DNA of 64,000 nucleotides from the NCBI GenBank assembly GCA_010093605.1, contig MU004184.1, positions 754,801 to 818,800 of the forward strand, read 5' to 3'. Both the position numbers and the translations under genes were made by a program. This document shows positions 37,602 to 48,923 of this stretch, piece by piece (the first letter of the stretch is position 1; each line of letters begins with the position of its first letter). Source of the stretch: Lophium mytilinum. Lineage: Eukaryota. The notes beneath the pieces were generated by a model. The model was not told where the DNA came from. It worked only from the letters and a program-made list of their open reading frames with translations, and did not search any database.

Positions 37602-39046
37602 ATGGCACCTTCTGCGTTCACCATTGCTGAAGATTATACGTCGTTGTGTCTGAAAACAGTATCATCTGTGGACAACAACTTTGTTCATGCCGACAGTCAT
37701 GGCGGTCATGTTGCAAGCAATCTGATCGGAGACGCTTTGAAAGTTCGAGTTGAATCCGTTGACCAGGATACGTGTGGTGCAGGCGAAGAGGATGCTTTCT
37801 TCGTCGCTGATCTTGGCGAGGTTTACCGCCAGCATATCCGATGGAAGAAGAACTTGGCCAGAGTCAAGCCGCATTATGGTAAGCCTACACATCTCGAAGA
37901 TGTTGCCAACGTTCAGGACTAAATTGTTTCAAGCTGTAAAGTGTAACCCGGATCCCCAGGTTCTTCGCCTCTTGGCTGAGCTTGGCACTGGCTTTGACTG
38001 TGCTTCCAAGGCGGAAATTGAACAAGTTCTGAAGATGGGCATTGATCCGTCCCGCATCATCTATGCTCAGCCCTGCAAGACGAAATCCTACGTTCGATAT
38101 GCCGCCCAGCATGGAGTCAAGCAGATGACCTTTGACAATGCCGATGAGTTGTACAAGACCAAGCAGCTCTTCCCTGGAGCAGAGCTTTTTCTGCGAATCC
38201 TGACAGACGACTCTGCCAGCTTGTGTCGTCTGAGCCAGAAATTCGGCGCTTCCCTTGACAGCACCGCAGACCTGCTAGAGTTGGCTAAGAAATTGGAGCT
38301 CAACGTTGTTGGTGTCGCCTTCCACGTGGGATCAGGTGCCTCTGATCCCAAGGCATTTCTCAAGGCTGTTCAAGATGCCAGATTCGTTTTCGATCAGGCT
38401 GCCTCGATCGGCATCGAGATGCACACCTTGGACGTTGGTGGAGGCTTCTGTGGAGACACTTTCGAACCCATGGCCGAGGTTCTTTCCGAAGCTTTGGACG
38501 TGTATTTCCCACCGCACATCCGTGTCATTGGCGAACCTGGTCGTTACTATGTTTCTGCAGCCTTCACTATCGCATGCCATGTCATTGCACGCCGTACTGT
38601 TGCGGATGCGACCCTAGGGACGACATCGTACATGCTGTACCTCAATGACGGGGTCTACGGAAACTTCTCCAGTATCATCTTCGACCACCAGAACCCGGTG
38701 CCACTTGTCCTGAAATGCGGAGATCGACTCTTGTACAACACTCGGCGCTCTGGGTATGATACTCCTACCGTCACGGAGTACTCCATCTGGGGCCCAACGT
38801 GTGATGGAATAGACGTCATTTCTCAATCCTGCACTTTTACCGAAACTGTAGATGTAGGGGATTGGCTCTATTTTGAGGACATGGGAGGTAAGTCTGGTCA
38901 CTGTGACACTCCTACGATTAGCACAACTAACGGCGAACTTAGCATACACCAAATGCTCTGCGACTCGCTTCAATGGCTTCACTGATAGCCACGACGTTGT
39001 GTACGTCTCTAGTGAACCTGGTGCGACTGCTTTGCTGGGACTTTGA
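37602..39046 (+). CDS. SPE1: Ornithine decarboxylase
   Basis: AFFVADLGEV, PHYAVKCN (PLP lysine, split by an intron at about 37880-37933), GFDCAS, FHVGSG, LDVGGGF, EPGRY, WGPTCDG and MGAYT...FNGF; second intron 38888-38942. Confidence 0.96.
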
Positions 39047-39512
39047 ACATATTCCAAAAATAGACTATAGATGGCGGTGGCTTGCCTTGATTGATTCGGT
39101 CCTTATTCCTCAGATAACATTCTATACTGCATAAAACAAATCACGCTCGTTGCCCATACTGCCTATTTTGCATCATTTACTGGACCTAACAAATCATGCG
39201 CTTGCTTACGAAATTGATAGCGGCACTTCCCCGCAAACAAAGCCTACCAAAGCTTGCCACTACGACTTACCCATGCTGCAGTCAACTCAATACTGACCAC
39301 CATTCTATCCAACAGTATCGTCTGTTCAAAACGCCACCATTCGGCTAGGTTGTTCCCTTTCCTTTTGTAGACGCCGCATGGCTGCAGAATGCATGAAATA
39401 TATGCACGAAACCCGGGCGGGTGCTGGTACCCCGTGCGCTGAGACATGCCTATCCCAGGACCTCCACCATCCCCTCCAACCTCTGTGAACGTATCATTGC
39501 GGGCCGATTGCG

Positions 39513-41810
39513 ATGGAGCACCTCCCTGTCAAAGGCGGCAGAGCTCCGATTGCCGTCCCTTATGTTCCCGGCCCCAGGTTTGACGGCGGCGACTTTGCCA
39601 GCTACCCGCAGCGTATGGGGTGGGATTTCTCGTTATGGTTTACTTACGATGCCTTTTTGGATTCTGGAGACCTGGAGAACTGGCTGCTATTCAACCAAAA
39701 AGACCTGGATGAATTGACTGCTTTCCTGCAAGCATGGCTCTTTTTTGGCCTGCTTGCGACCGTCATCAACGCCGAAGTTCCCTTGGAGGACTTCGTTCGT
39801 CGCGACTTCGATGGCGGCAGATACATTACGACAGCCGAGCTCACTCAGTACCTTAATGAGTGGGACAGGTTAATCCAGGCGAACGCTTCTCCAGTCATCG
39901 ATAAGACCGCTCATCTAGCGGAATTATCCAGTGTCCTCAAAGACGCTGCTACAATCAACCGATCGCTCTCTAAATTGATCACTGCCCATGGCCTTCTACC
40001 TTCCCCTTATGCCGAACAGCTACAGGGCATTCATTTCTGTGCTGCCCTGTTGCTTCGTGCTCTATCAATCGCTTTAGAGCATGTTTTGGGCCGCCGGCCG
40101 GGTGTCTTAAAGTCGGGGCAGCCAGGCCGACTCCCACTATTGGAAGAACGAATGCACCAAGCCGGATGGTGCCCTTTTACTACTTTTCAACTCTCGAACA
40201 ACTTTCCGGAAGACACACAGGCCTACGCATTTGCTTTAGGGACCATAAGAATAGAGCAGGACCATGAAGGATGCACGTTCCAATCTTGTACAGCGAGTCA
40301 ATATTTACCGGGCACTCCTCTACGGCACACAAGAGAAGGGTGTGAGTGCGAAGTGATAGAAGCGCCGGTAGAGCAGATTGTCAATGGTTTGAAACGAGGA
40401 AGAATTCCACTCCTGCAGATCGCCAGTGAGAACGGACGACCATTCATCGACATTTACAAAGATGATGGAGTGACCGACATCCCATATATAGCCATCTCAC
40501 ATGTCTGGGCAGACGGACTTGGGACGTCTACGTCGAATTGTATCGCCACATGCCAGGCGATGAAGCTGGCTGAAAGCATGAAACTGATATCGAATGAGTC
40601 CGTTTTGCCATTTTGGCTTGATACCCTCTGCATACCGACGCAACCACAACATCAAACGCTACGAGTTTTTTCAGTGCAGAAGATGCATAAAATCTACAGC
40701 TCTTCTCACGGCGTGCTCATCCTGGACGCTGATTTAGAATGCCTACCCTCAAATGCTAGCTACGCCGAAATCATGACTCGGTTCTCAATCAGTGCCTGGA
40801 ACACACGTCTGTGGACTTATCATGAGGGCACTCTTGCTCCTCGTCACTACGTGCGGGGCCGGGATACTGTATTTGACTTCGAGAGCCTCCAGCAGCGCGT
40901 AGTAGAAGGGGACTCCCACGACTCAATCGCGCACTCCCTCAACCTCTTCGCCGCTGCTTCCTTCAGCGTCTTATTCCGAGGCCTAGGCGACACCAGGACG
41001 TCAAAAAGCGACCTCGAAATACAAAACCTGCTTGCCACAGCGAGCAAGCGTACAGCAAGTCGGCCAGAAGACGAAACAATATGCATTGCCATATACCTTG
41101 GTCTCGACGTCGCTCCCTTACTAAAGACACCACCGAGCCGAAGGGTGGAAACCCTCCTCTCATCTCTCCCAGCCATCCCGGCAAACATCCTCTGGGGCTC
41201 GGGCCCACGGCTAGTCACCAAAGGCTTCCGATGGGCGCCTGCAAGCTTCCTGCAACCCTACGGCATGATTCCGATGCCAGTGCCCGACCTCGTCCCGGCA
41301 TCGGCAGCCAACCTGCATACCGAGATGGTGCCGCGGCCGTTGAGCTATCTGCATCCTACCGGCAAGGGGCTCATGGCCTACCTCCCCGCAATCTCCATCA
41401 GCAACCTAGATTTCTCCATGCAAAGATTCCTCGTCGATGTCGGCGAGGGCGAGGTATACCGTCTCGGCTTCTTTTTGCGGGACGGAGGACGCATACAGGG
41501 GCAAGGCCGGCCGAAATCCGTGTCGTTTGCTAAACGCTCGTTTGTGGTTTTGCTGGCGCTGTTCTTCCACGATGAGTATCCTGGCTTTGATGTCAAGCAA
41601 AAGGGTATATTGGCTGAAGTCGTGGGGAAAACCAAGGACCCGGCTGTGAAGAACAAGCGGTTCAGTTTCAAGCAAGTGACGCAGCTGGAGTATCGAGAGA
41701 CGATGTTTGTGGAGAGGACCAGTCGGTCGGGGGATTTCGGGGGCGGGGATGAGGGCAAGGCGTGGATTAGTGGGGAGCATGTGGAGCCGAAGTGGTGGTT
41801 GATTGATTGA
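39513..41810 (+). CDS. HET (heterokaryon incompatibility) domain protein
   Basis: Intronless 765 aa; HET motifs YIAISHVWADGLG, FWLDTLCIP, MHKIY and WNTRLWTYHEG; N-terminal MEHLP...LQAWLFFGLL; C-terminal WWLID. Confidence 0.9.
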   Translation: MEHLPVKGGRAPIAVPYVPGPRFDGGDFASYPQRMGWDFSLWFTYDAFLDSGDLENWLLFNQKDLDELTAFLQAWLFFGLLATVINAEVPLEDFVRRDFDGGRYITTAELTQYLNEWDRLIQANASPVIDKTAHLAELSSVLKDAATINRSLSKLITAHGLLPSPYAEQLQGIHFCAALLLRALSIALEHVLGRRPGVLKSGQPGRLPLLEERMHQAGWCPFTTFQLSNNFPEDTQAYAFALGTIRIEQDHEGCTFQSCTASQYLPGTPLRHTREGCECEVIEAPVEQIVNGLKRGRIPLLQIASENGRPFIDIYKDDGVTDIPYIAISHVWADGLGTSTSNCIATCQAMKLAESMKLISNESVLPFWLDTLCIPTQPQHQTLRVFSVQKMHKIYSSSHGVLILDADLECLPSNASYAEIMTRFSISAWNTRLWTYHEGTLAPRHYVRGRDTVFDFESLQQRVVEGDSHDSIAHSLNLFAAASFSVLFRGLGDTRTSKSDLEIQNLLATASKRTASRPEDETICIAIYLGLDVAPLLKTPPSRRVETLLSSLPAIPANILWGSGPRLVTKGFRWAPASFLQPYGMIPMPVPDLVPASAANLHTEMVPRPLSYLHPTGKGLMAYLPAISISNLDFSMQRFLVDVGEGEVYRLGFFLRDGGRIQGQGRPKSVSFAKRSFVVLLALFFHDEYPGFDVKQKGILAEVVGKTKDPAVKNKRFSFKQVTQLEYRETMFVERTSRSGDFGGGDEGKAWISGEHVEPKWWLID

Positions 41811-41956
41811 TTGATTGATTAGGGGGCGTGTTTTAACAGTATCATAATTTTCGAGTTTGGAGATGATTTATTTAATGGACTGGGTGGATATCTTCTCCAA
41901 GCCTCCTCCTGATAGAGATAGATGCTTAGTGAGGGACTCCACCTCCTTGACGATCA

Positions 41957-43110
41957 TCACATCATCCCTACTACTACGTGCAACCACCCATCAGCATATG
42001 CTGCAGCTCGAAGTAGGTCGTGCAAGTTTGCGCTCAGCGGTACCGTAGCCCCGTGCAAGACTGGCTGAGCCAGCATTGGTCTACGGGTGCTCGGAAACAA
42101 CGTCGGCAGGACGGACTTGAGAGCTGTTCCGAGGGTTTGAGGCTGGCCTGGTCGATTCTCATTAGCTGCCAGAATCAATCTCTTAGTTGACGATAGGCTT
42201 ACGATTCGATATCAATGGCGTGACGACTGCCTGTACGACTCGTACGGTTCCAGGCGCTGGTGCACCTTCTTCGCTAGCCGGCGCGGCATGCGGGAGGTAG
42301 AGCTTCATCGGAATATGGCGGAGATTACTTCCTTGTGGGTTGAGTAGTTTGTGGTTAATGGGGTTGAAGTTCTTGAGGTTCATCCTCTCGACTGAATTCC
42401 AGAGCTGGGTCGAGTCCGCTTTGCTGAGGGACATGACGACTTTTGCTGTGCCGTTGCGGAGGAAGTCAGCCTAGTTGTTGTTAGCTTTAATGTTTCGTTT
42501 GAAAGGTTTCATTTTCGCCACGTTGTTGAGATGGTAAATGTGGATTCTTACTTCTTTCACGCTGTTGATGAAGGCGTCGTGCATCACTTTGCCATTGTCA
42601 TCGAGCTGGATGAGTTGCCTGCTAGGCCACTCGGTGTAGTGGATAGTAAGCCTCCAGGGTAGAACACCGGACTCGGATTCCGAGTCGTCTCCCGATGACA
42701 GTCTAGGCTGAGATTCTAGTTCAACTTCATTCGGGGCTGGACCCGTGGCGGGATCGATGCCTGAATAGAGGTCGAAGAGTAGTCCAAAAGGGTAATGCCA
42801 CTTTAACGGGACGTCTTCGAAGGAGAGCCAGCCTTTCGAAGGAGCCACATCAGGGTCGATGAGAAAAGGAGAGAAGAATGCGTGAAGCTGTGGCAATAGG
42901 AGGGGGATATACGACAAGCGTGGGCACATGACCTGGCTTCGGTTCAGCACGTTGTCTTCAGCAATACAATAGTGACAGGGGCTTCAATACCAGGTAAGGG
43001 TCTGAAACATCATAAGTTCGGCAATCTGAGCTTGCCAGGCGTATCTCCAGCGGGATGGAGCCGTTCCATACTTTGGCCTGGAGGCTGCTAAGGTTGCGCG
43101 GGTTGGCCAT
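41957..43110 (-). CDS. ATG5: Autophagy protein Atg5
   Basis: VWNGSIPLEI, PRLSYIPLL, VPLKWHYPFGLLFD, PWRLTIH, FINSVKE|ADFLRNGTAK, RHIPMKLY and HGATVPL...YADGWLHVV. Confidence 0.95.
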
Positions 43111-43425
43111 ATTTGCAGTTGGGGCCAGAGGGGTGGTGGGGGAGCGGTTTGCAGAGGCCCAAAGGCCAGCGGCGCATATTTTTATTCTACTGCTACCTAC
43201 CTTAATCTCTGTTGCCTGTGCAGTGAAAGTGTTGCGCGAAGTCGAGCGTTGGAGACGTGGTGTCACCTGACGTCCCGTTAAGCCGCGGCGACGAAGTCGC
43301 GAGATGATCTCCTACATCGACTTTTGTCCACCATCGCATCAAACGTCTCCCACATGCCTCGACTAAGTAGCATTTTGCTATTCACCGTATACCTACGACC
43401 TTCCTACGTGATCAGTTGATTCTTC

Positions 43426-44202
43426 ATGGTGGGCAGCTTCTTCCCATTGGGGACGATGCAGCCCTCATTCACCAAGTCACGGAAACGCGCCGCGAGCAGT
43501 GCCCCAGACGCCAGCTCCCTTGATACTCACGGCCCACGGCCATCCGACCTGCTGAAACGAACCAGGACAGAGGACGAGCTAGACGCGATTGACATTATCC
43601 CGGCCGCAAAGTCATGGCCTGTCGGTATTGCCAACATCCTGAGCTCGCCCATGCTACGGGAACCTTTGGACAGCCAACTACAACCTCACGATAATTTCAG
43701 AAACCATATTGAGGGCGGGTCTATCTTTGTGCTGTGTGTTCAGGGGGCATGTGAATTACATTACGACCTGATATGGTACGCTACAACGGTTCTCCACGTT
43801 GTAGGGTTCTAGAGTTATACACTAACAGGAAGTAGCAATGCTCTTCCCGACCTATACGCTATCTCGCCGACCCTGCAAGCCCTCGTTTTGTGTCACAACC
43901 CGTCGTCCCATATACCGTCGACTTCGACATCGGTCTCTCTGCCTTTGGTAGAAGCTATTGGAGCGTCGGGCAACCACTTCGTCAGACTTGGTCTCCTACA
44001 CCCGTTGGGGAATGGGCAAGACCCGCTGGATGCAATAGTCGTACTAGATCCTCTCGGACGCCGACGGTTGCTCCTCCCCTTTGGCTGGGGCGCTGGCCGC
44101 CATGCAGGGGCAGTCGGAGGTGGGCGAATAGTTCAGCGCCGCTTTGTGGAGGCTTTGACAGAGTGCGTGAGGAGCTTGGTGAGAGAATCTAAAGACGGAT
44201 AA
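43426..44202 (+). CDS. Hypothetical protein (2 exons)
   Basis: ORFs 43426-43812 and 43888-44202 can be joined by an intron at about 43776-43835. The start may be 43426 or 43456. No family is confidently recognised. Confidence 0.6.
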
Positions 44203-44437
44203 CCTGGATCAGATTACCTGTAGCGCTGGCCGCTAGCTGTCGAGTCAAGAAGTGGAAACAATCACGCAACCAAAGTCATAAACAAGAACATCGCGGGATC
44301 AAGATAGCACGAGGACGGTTTGGGTATCAATTCATTGAATTGCAGGCTGGTCTGCTATCGTCAACGCCATGTGGTGTAACCGATGATGCTCCAAGCGCCT
44401 TGCGTAACAGGTAGACTAAGCAAGTCTGAGCCGTCAT

Positions 44438-44964
44438 CTAGAACTTGGTCTCCTTGTCCGCGATGGGGAAATCGCCGCCAGTAGTGCCCTTTGATCGTTA
44501 GAGGGGCACGAAGTAGTCAAGAGCAAGTCGATTTACCTTGTACTGCTTGCGGATGAAGTCAGATATCTGCTCGTCCTTGGCCTGTTCAATGGCCGACTCG
44601 TTGCTCTGGTCGCCGGCTCCGAGGAACTTCTCCTGGACGAAGTCGACACCTGGCGCGGGCATTAGCAGTGGTATGTAGAAACTGATCTAGTGTGAGCTCA
44701 CCCTTGTCCAAGTAGTCCTCGTTCTTCTCGCTCTCCTTTCCGCCGCCGGCTGCGCTGTTGAGCTTGTCGCCAATGCCGCCGAGGAAACCGCCCTCCTGCT
44801 TCTGCTCTCCGCCCTGTTGCTGCTGGCCCTGGCCCTCGTTCTGGCCCTCGTTCTGCTTGTCACCACCGGTAAACTTGTTGACAAAGTCTACACCAATTAG
44901 CTTAGTCTGACAATACCCAGCAGCTGGAGCTGGGGACAGGAGGGGTTATGGAACACGCACCCAT
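44438..44964 (-). CDS. Small hydrophilic Gly/Gln-rich fungal protein (often annotated DNA-damage-responsive protein 48-like)
   Basis: Four exons give MDFVNKFTGGDKQNEGQ...LNSAAGGGKESEKNEDYLDKGVDFVQEKFLGAGDQSNESAIEQAKDEQISDFIRKQYKGTTGGDFPIADKETKF*; TATA-like TATATAAATA on the minus strand near 45070-45079. Confidence 0.8.
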
Positions 44965-45500
44965 GTTGTTGGATTGATTAGGTGTGGTGTTTGTAGGGTG
45001 TTTGTGAGGTGCTGGTGTGGTGTATGTTTGTTGGATACGGTGATGAGGAGGCAGTTGAAGGGGAGCAGTATTTATATATGGTCAAGGGTGAAAGGACTAT
45101 GCCACAAAGCTGGGGATTGCGTCAGGGCGGGCAGCAGCCTTGGTCAAGTCCCTGAACGGCGGCGGGCACGGCCTTGACTCTGGGCAGCTGCAGCAGCATC
45201 CAAGTGGCCAGACACGGCATATCTGCTGGGTTTAAGGGCTTGGAACGAGGCCTGGTGGTCTTGGCTGGAGGAGCATACGGACATCCCGACGACTGGAATG
45301 GTACCAAATAACTCGAGATCGAGATCCCCGCGGCTAGAGGGGCAGCAGGGGCAGTGAGGGGCTCGACTCGATAGGCGAGTCCGCGAAAAAGCATCATTCA
45401 CCCTGTCACCACCTCCATACTATACCATGCCTCGTCTGAGTGGAAAGCTGAGCCATTTGTTTTGTGCCCGCCCTCTTGCCGACTTGCTGCCTACTCCACT

Positions 45501-46700
45501 ATGGCTCCTGCTCGCCCAATCCCGATTACCATCATGTACGTGTCTCACAGCCGCTAGCCGCCGCATCGTTAACAGCTCAGAACTGGCTTCTTAGGATCGG
45601 GAAAGACGACCCTCATCCTCAACCTTATCCCCCAGCTACCCAAGTCCTACAAGCTTGCCCTCCTCAAAAACGAGTTTGGCGATGTCGCCGTCGACTCGCA
45701 GCTCGCCTCGTCGTCCGCCATCTCCGGCGTGCAGGAGCTCCTTAACGGATGCATATGCTGCAACCTCGTCGGTCAGCTCTCCGATGCCCTCGAGACCCTC
45801 TCTCGCGACGTAACACCCGACCGTATAATTGTCGAAACATCTGGCTCTGCATTCCCAGCCACGTTAGCAATGGAGGTGAACCGCATTGCCGAAAAGACGG
45901 GAGGATATGTGCTGGATGGCGTCATGAGTGTGATCGATGTCGAGAATTGGAAGGGCTATGAAGATACCAGTCTGACGGCGAAACTGCAGGCCCGGTATAC
46001 CGACCTCATCGTGTTAAATAAGTGGGAACTTGTCGACGAACGCAAGCTCGAAGACTGTGAAGATCGCATCCTAGACCTCGAGGTTGATCCACCGACGCCG
46101 AGATCGAAGAGCGACAAGGGCTGGGTGAACAAGGATATCGTTTTTGGTCTGGATGCTAAGTTGGCCAAATTGGTCGGCAGCGAACACGAGCACCACCATG
46201 ACCACGACCATCAGAGCGAGGTCGAGGTCCTGTCCGTGACCTTGTCGTCTCCAGCTGAAAGGCTGGGCCTCGACCTTGCGAGATTTGAAAAACTGCTGGA
46301 AGAGGCGTCCAAGGATGAGATTTACCGCATAAAAGGGATATTGTATGCCTCATCTGCTCCTCGGTCTTCCACGGAAAAGAAGCCAAAAGAAGCTACCGCC
46401 AGTCTAGTCGTGGGTGGCCCTTCTCGGTATATATTGAACTGGGCATTTGGGCGTTGGAACTTCACACCCGCGCCTTTCGACTCTACGAATGTAACTCCAC
46501 TGGCTTCAGGAACTGCAACACCCTTATCACCCTCAGGAGCCGCAACACCACTTACGGCTGAAGATGAACCGACGTTGAGATTGACCATCATTACAGCCAG
46601 GTACGAATCGTCAAAATGGCAGAAACGGCTTGAGGCTGGCGAGTTTACCGCATTGGAACATGGCAGCGCAGGTTCATTAAGCGTGAAGAGAGTCACATAG
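45501..46700 (+). CDS. CobW/COG0523 family G3E GTPase (metallochaperone)
   Basis: PIPITII|TGFLGSGKTT, KNEFGD, GCICC metal motif, IVETSG, LNKW and His-rich HEHHHDHDH; intron at about 45536-45580. Confidence 0.93.
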
Positions 46701-46921
46701 TACTACATTAGTTGCATTTTCAGGAATACCAAGGGTTAGAGGGAGGGTCTAGAGAACAGCAGGGAGTAGATCTAATAGGTAAGACTTCACGATAGAGTCA
46801 TCTAAAAAGCATCTCAAGTTCTAGAGGCATTGAAAAGAAGGGGTTGTATTCATCATCTCTTAATAAGTTGTACTCATCCTATCTGAATATCCGCTAGAGA
46901 ATCTCTACTCCATCATCTCGC

Positions 46922-47357
46922 CTATCTCGCAAACCCGCCAACGGGCGCGATGAGCCTAGCCTCAATCGGGGCAGCAAGGAGTTGCTCGGCCTCCGCCAGA
47001 GCTTTTATCTCGCTGTAGTAGGGCTGTCCTCGGTGCGCTGTGACAGCGTCCGAATTCTTGTACCTATTGTACAGTCAGCGTCGACGTAGCGGATACGATT
47101 AGGCTGTTCGGGCAGCGTACTTCTCGATGAACACGAACTGGCCATTCTTCTCGTCCCAGTAAAACTCGTACTGCAACGTATCAGGCTCGTTCTCTTTGAT
47201 TTTGGCGGCTGTAGCCACGAGCACTTCGAGAATCTAGTTTGCGAATTAGTGGTCTGGGTGACAGTACTCGGAGGGGTTCAATTGAACGTCTACTTACCCG
47301 ATCCTTCTTTCCCGGAGCGGCCGTGATAAACGCGATGACATGGACAGCTCCAGCCAT
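46922..47357 (-). CDS. ABM (antibiotic biosynthesis monooxygenase)-domain protein, copy 1
   Basis: Three exons: MAGAVHVIAFITAAPGKKDR|ILEVL...ENEPDTLQYEFY...FVFIEK|YKNSDAVTAH...VGGFAR*. Confidence 0.85.
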
Positions 47358-47839
47358 GATGTATTAATCCGTGAAGAGGGAGCCTCTGAATGCTTCAATT
47401 GAGGTTGCTGCTGCTTGTTGGCCGTTGTGCCTGTGAGGAGATCAAGCCAGGAACCAGGTAGGGCTGTAGCACTATAAAGCTCGGATGGTGCTCCTTTAAG
47501 TATTCTAAGGAGCTTAGGACGTGGGAGGGGGAGGCCTTCCTTTGTGTAGAAATCAGTTCTGACTACATCGCGTACGCTGCTGATGATAGCACCATATCCA
47601 GCTTAGGTTGATGAGATTCAGCTCGCTGACATGAGGTGATTCCTAATCCCCACTACCCTACATGCTTGCGCCGAAAAGCATCTCAAGTTCTAGAAGGATT
47701 AAAGAGAAGGAATTGTATTCGTCATCATTTGTTAATAAGTTGTATCCATCATATCCGAATACCCGCTAGAGACCTCTCTGCAGTGTCCTCTCAGCAACAC
47801 AGCTGCAGCCAAAACCTATGTTCGCCCTCCACATCTCGC

Positions 47840-48295
47840 CTATCTCGTAAATCCACCGACGTGCTCGACGAGCCTCGCATCAATCGGGCCAGCCAGGAGT
47901 CCCTCGGCCTCGCCCAGAGCCTGTAGCTCGCTGAAGTAGGGCTGTTTTTGGTGCGCGACCACAGCCTCCATGTTCTTGTACCTGTTACCCAATCAGTATC
48001 GACCTCGCGAAGTAAAATGGGGCGGCTGTTCAGCAGCTGTTCGGGCAGCATACTTCTCGACGAAGACGAATTGGCCGTGACTCTCGTCCCAGTAAAACTC
48101 GTAAATCAGCGCATCGGGCTCGTTTCCTTGGACTTTGGCGGCTGTGGCCAGGAGCGCTTCAAGAATCTGGCTTGCGAGTCAGTGGTTTAGGTGATAGTTA
48201 GGTAGTTGGAGGCGGTCAATTGAGCGTCTGCATACCTTGGCCTTCTTTCCCGGGGCAGGCGTGATGAACGCGACGACGTTGACAGTGGTAGACAT
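47840..48295 (-). CDS. ABM-domain protein, copy 2 (tandem paralog)
   Basis: Same intron positions: MSTTVNVVAFITPAPGKKAK|ILEAL...GNEPDALIYEFY...FVFVEK|YKNMEAVVAH...VGGFTR*. Confidence 0.85.
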
Positions 48296-48923
48296 GATGT
48301 GTTGATCTGTGGAGAGAGCTTCGGAGTCACAGTGTTTTGATTGAAGGTGCTACTGCTGCTGCTTGGTCACTATTCATGTGAGAGACCAGACTCGATTTTC
48401 ACGTGCAGGATGTGGGGCAGTAGTGGCGTGTTCAATGCTAACTACATCGCTATGTTAGCCCCTGCTGATGAGGTGTAGCACACGGTGAGCTTGGTCGTTT
48501 GGGGAATGATGGCCGTGGTATTTCAGCTTTCGGACACGTGCGGACGCGAGGTGACCATAGAGAAACCGCTGCTGCCCTGCATCCTTGCGCCGAGGTGCGC
48601 GGCGATTGGCCCGATGGAGCCTGAATGTGGGTTAAATGCTGCTGGGTTCGGCAGACTGCTAATCCGTGTCCGTGTTTGTTTGCAATGGAAGATGGATTCT
48701 TTTCTCGTTGCTGGTGGCTATAGAGGTAAGAACGTTGGTAGCTTAAATATAATGCAGGAGTCGCATTTTATATGCACATCCCAAAAGACTACGCGTAGAT
48801 CGGTTATGTTCGACATGCTATCTATTATCGGAATTCCATTCATGATACCACAGCTCCCCGGACGCCTCACTATTCCCTCTCCTCGCGAAAACATGTGACC
48901 ACGTCGCATTGTTATTAAGACTC

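Noticed and set aside
41801..41820. (GATT)5 microsatellite over the HET gene stop
   Set aside because: Short simple repeat with no evidence of a role.
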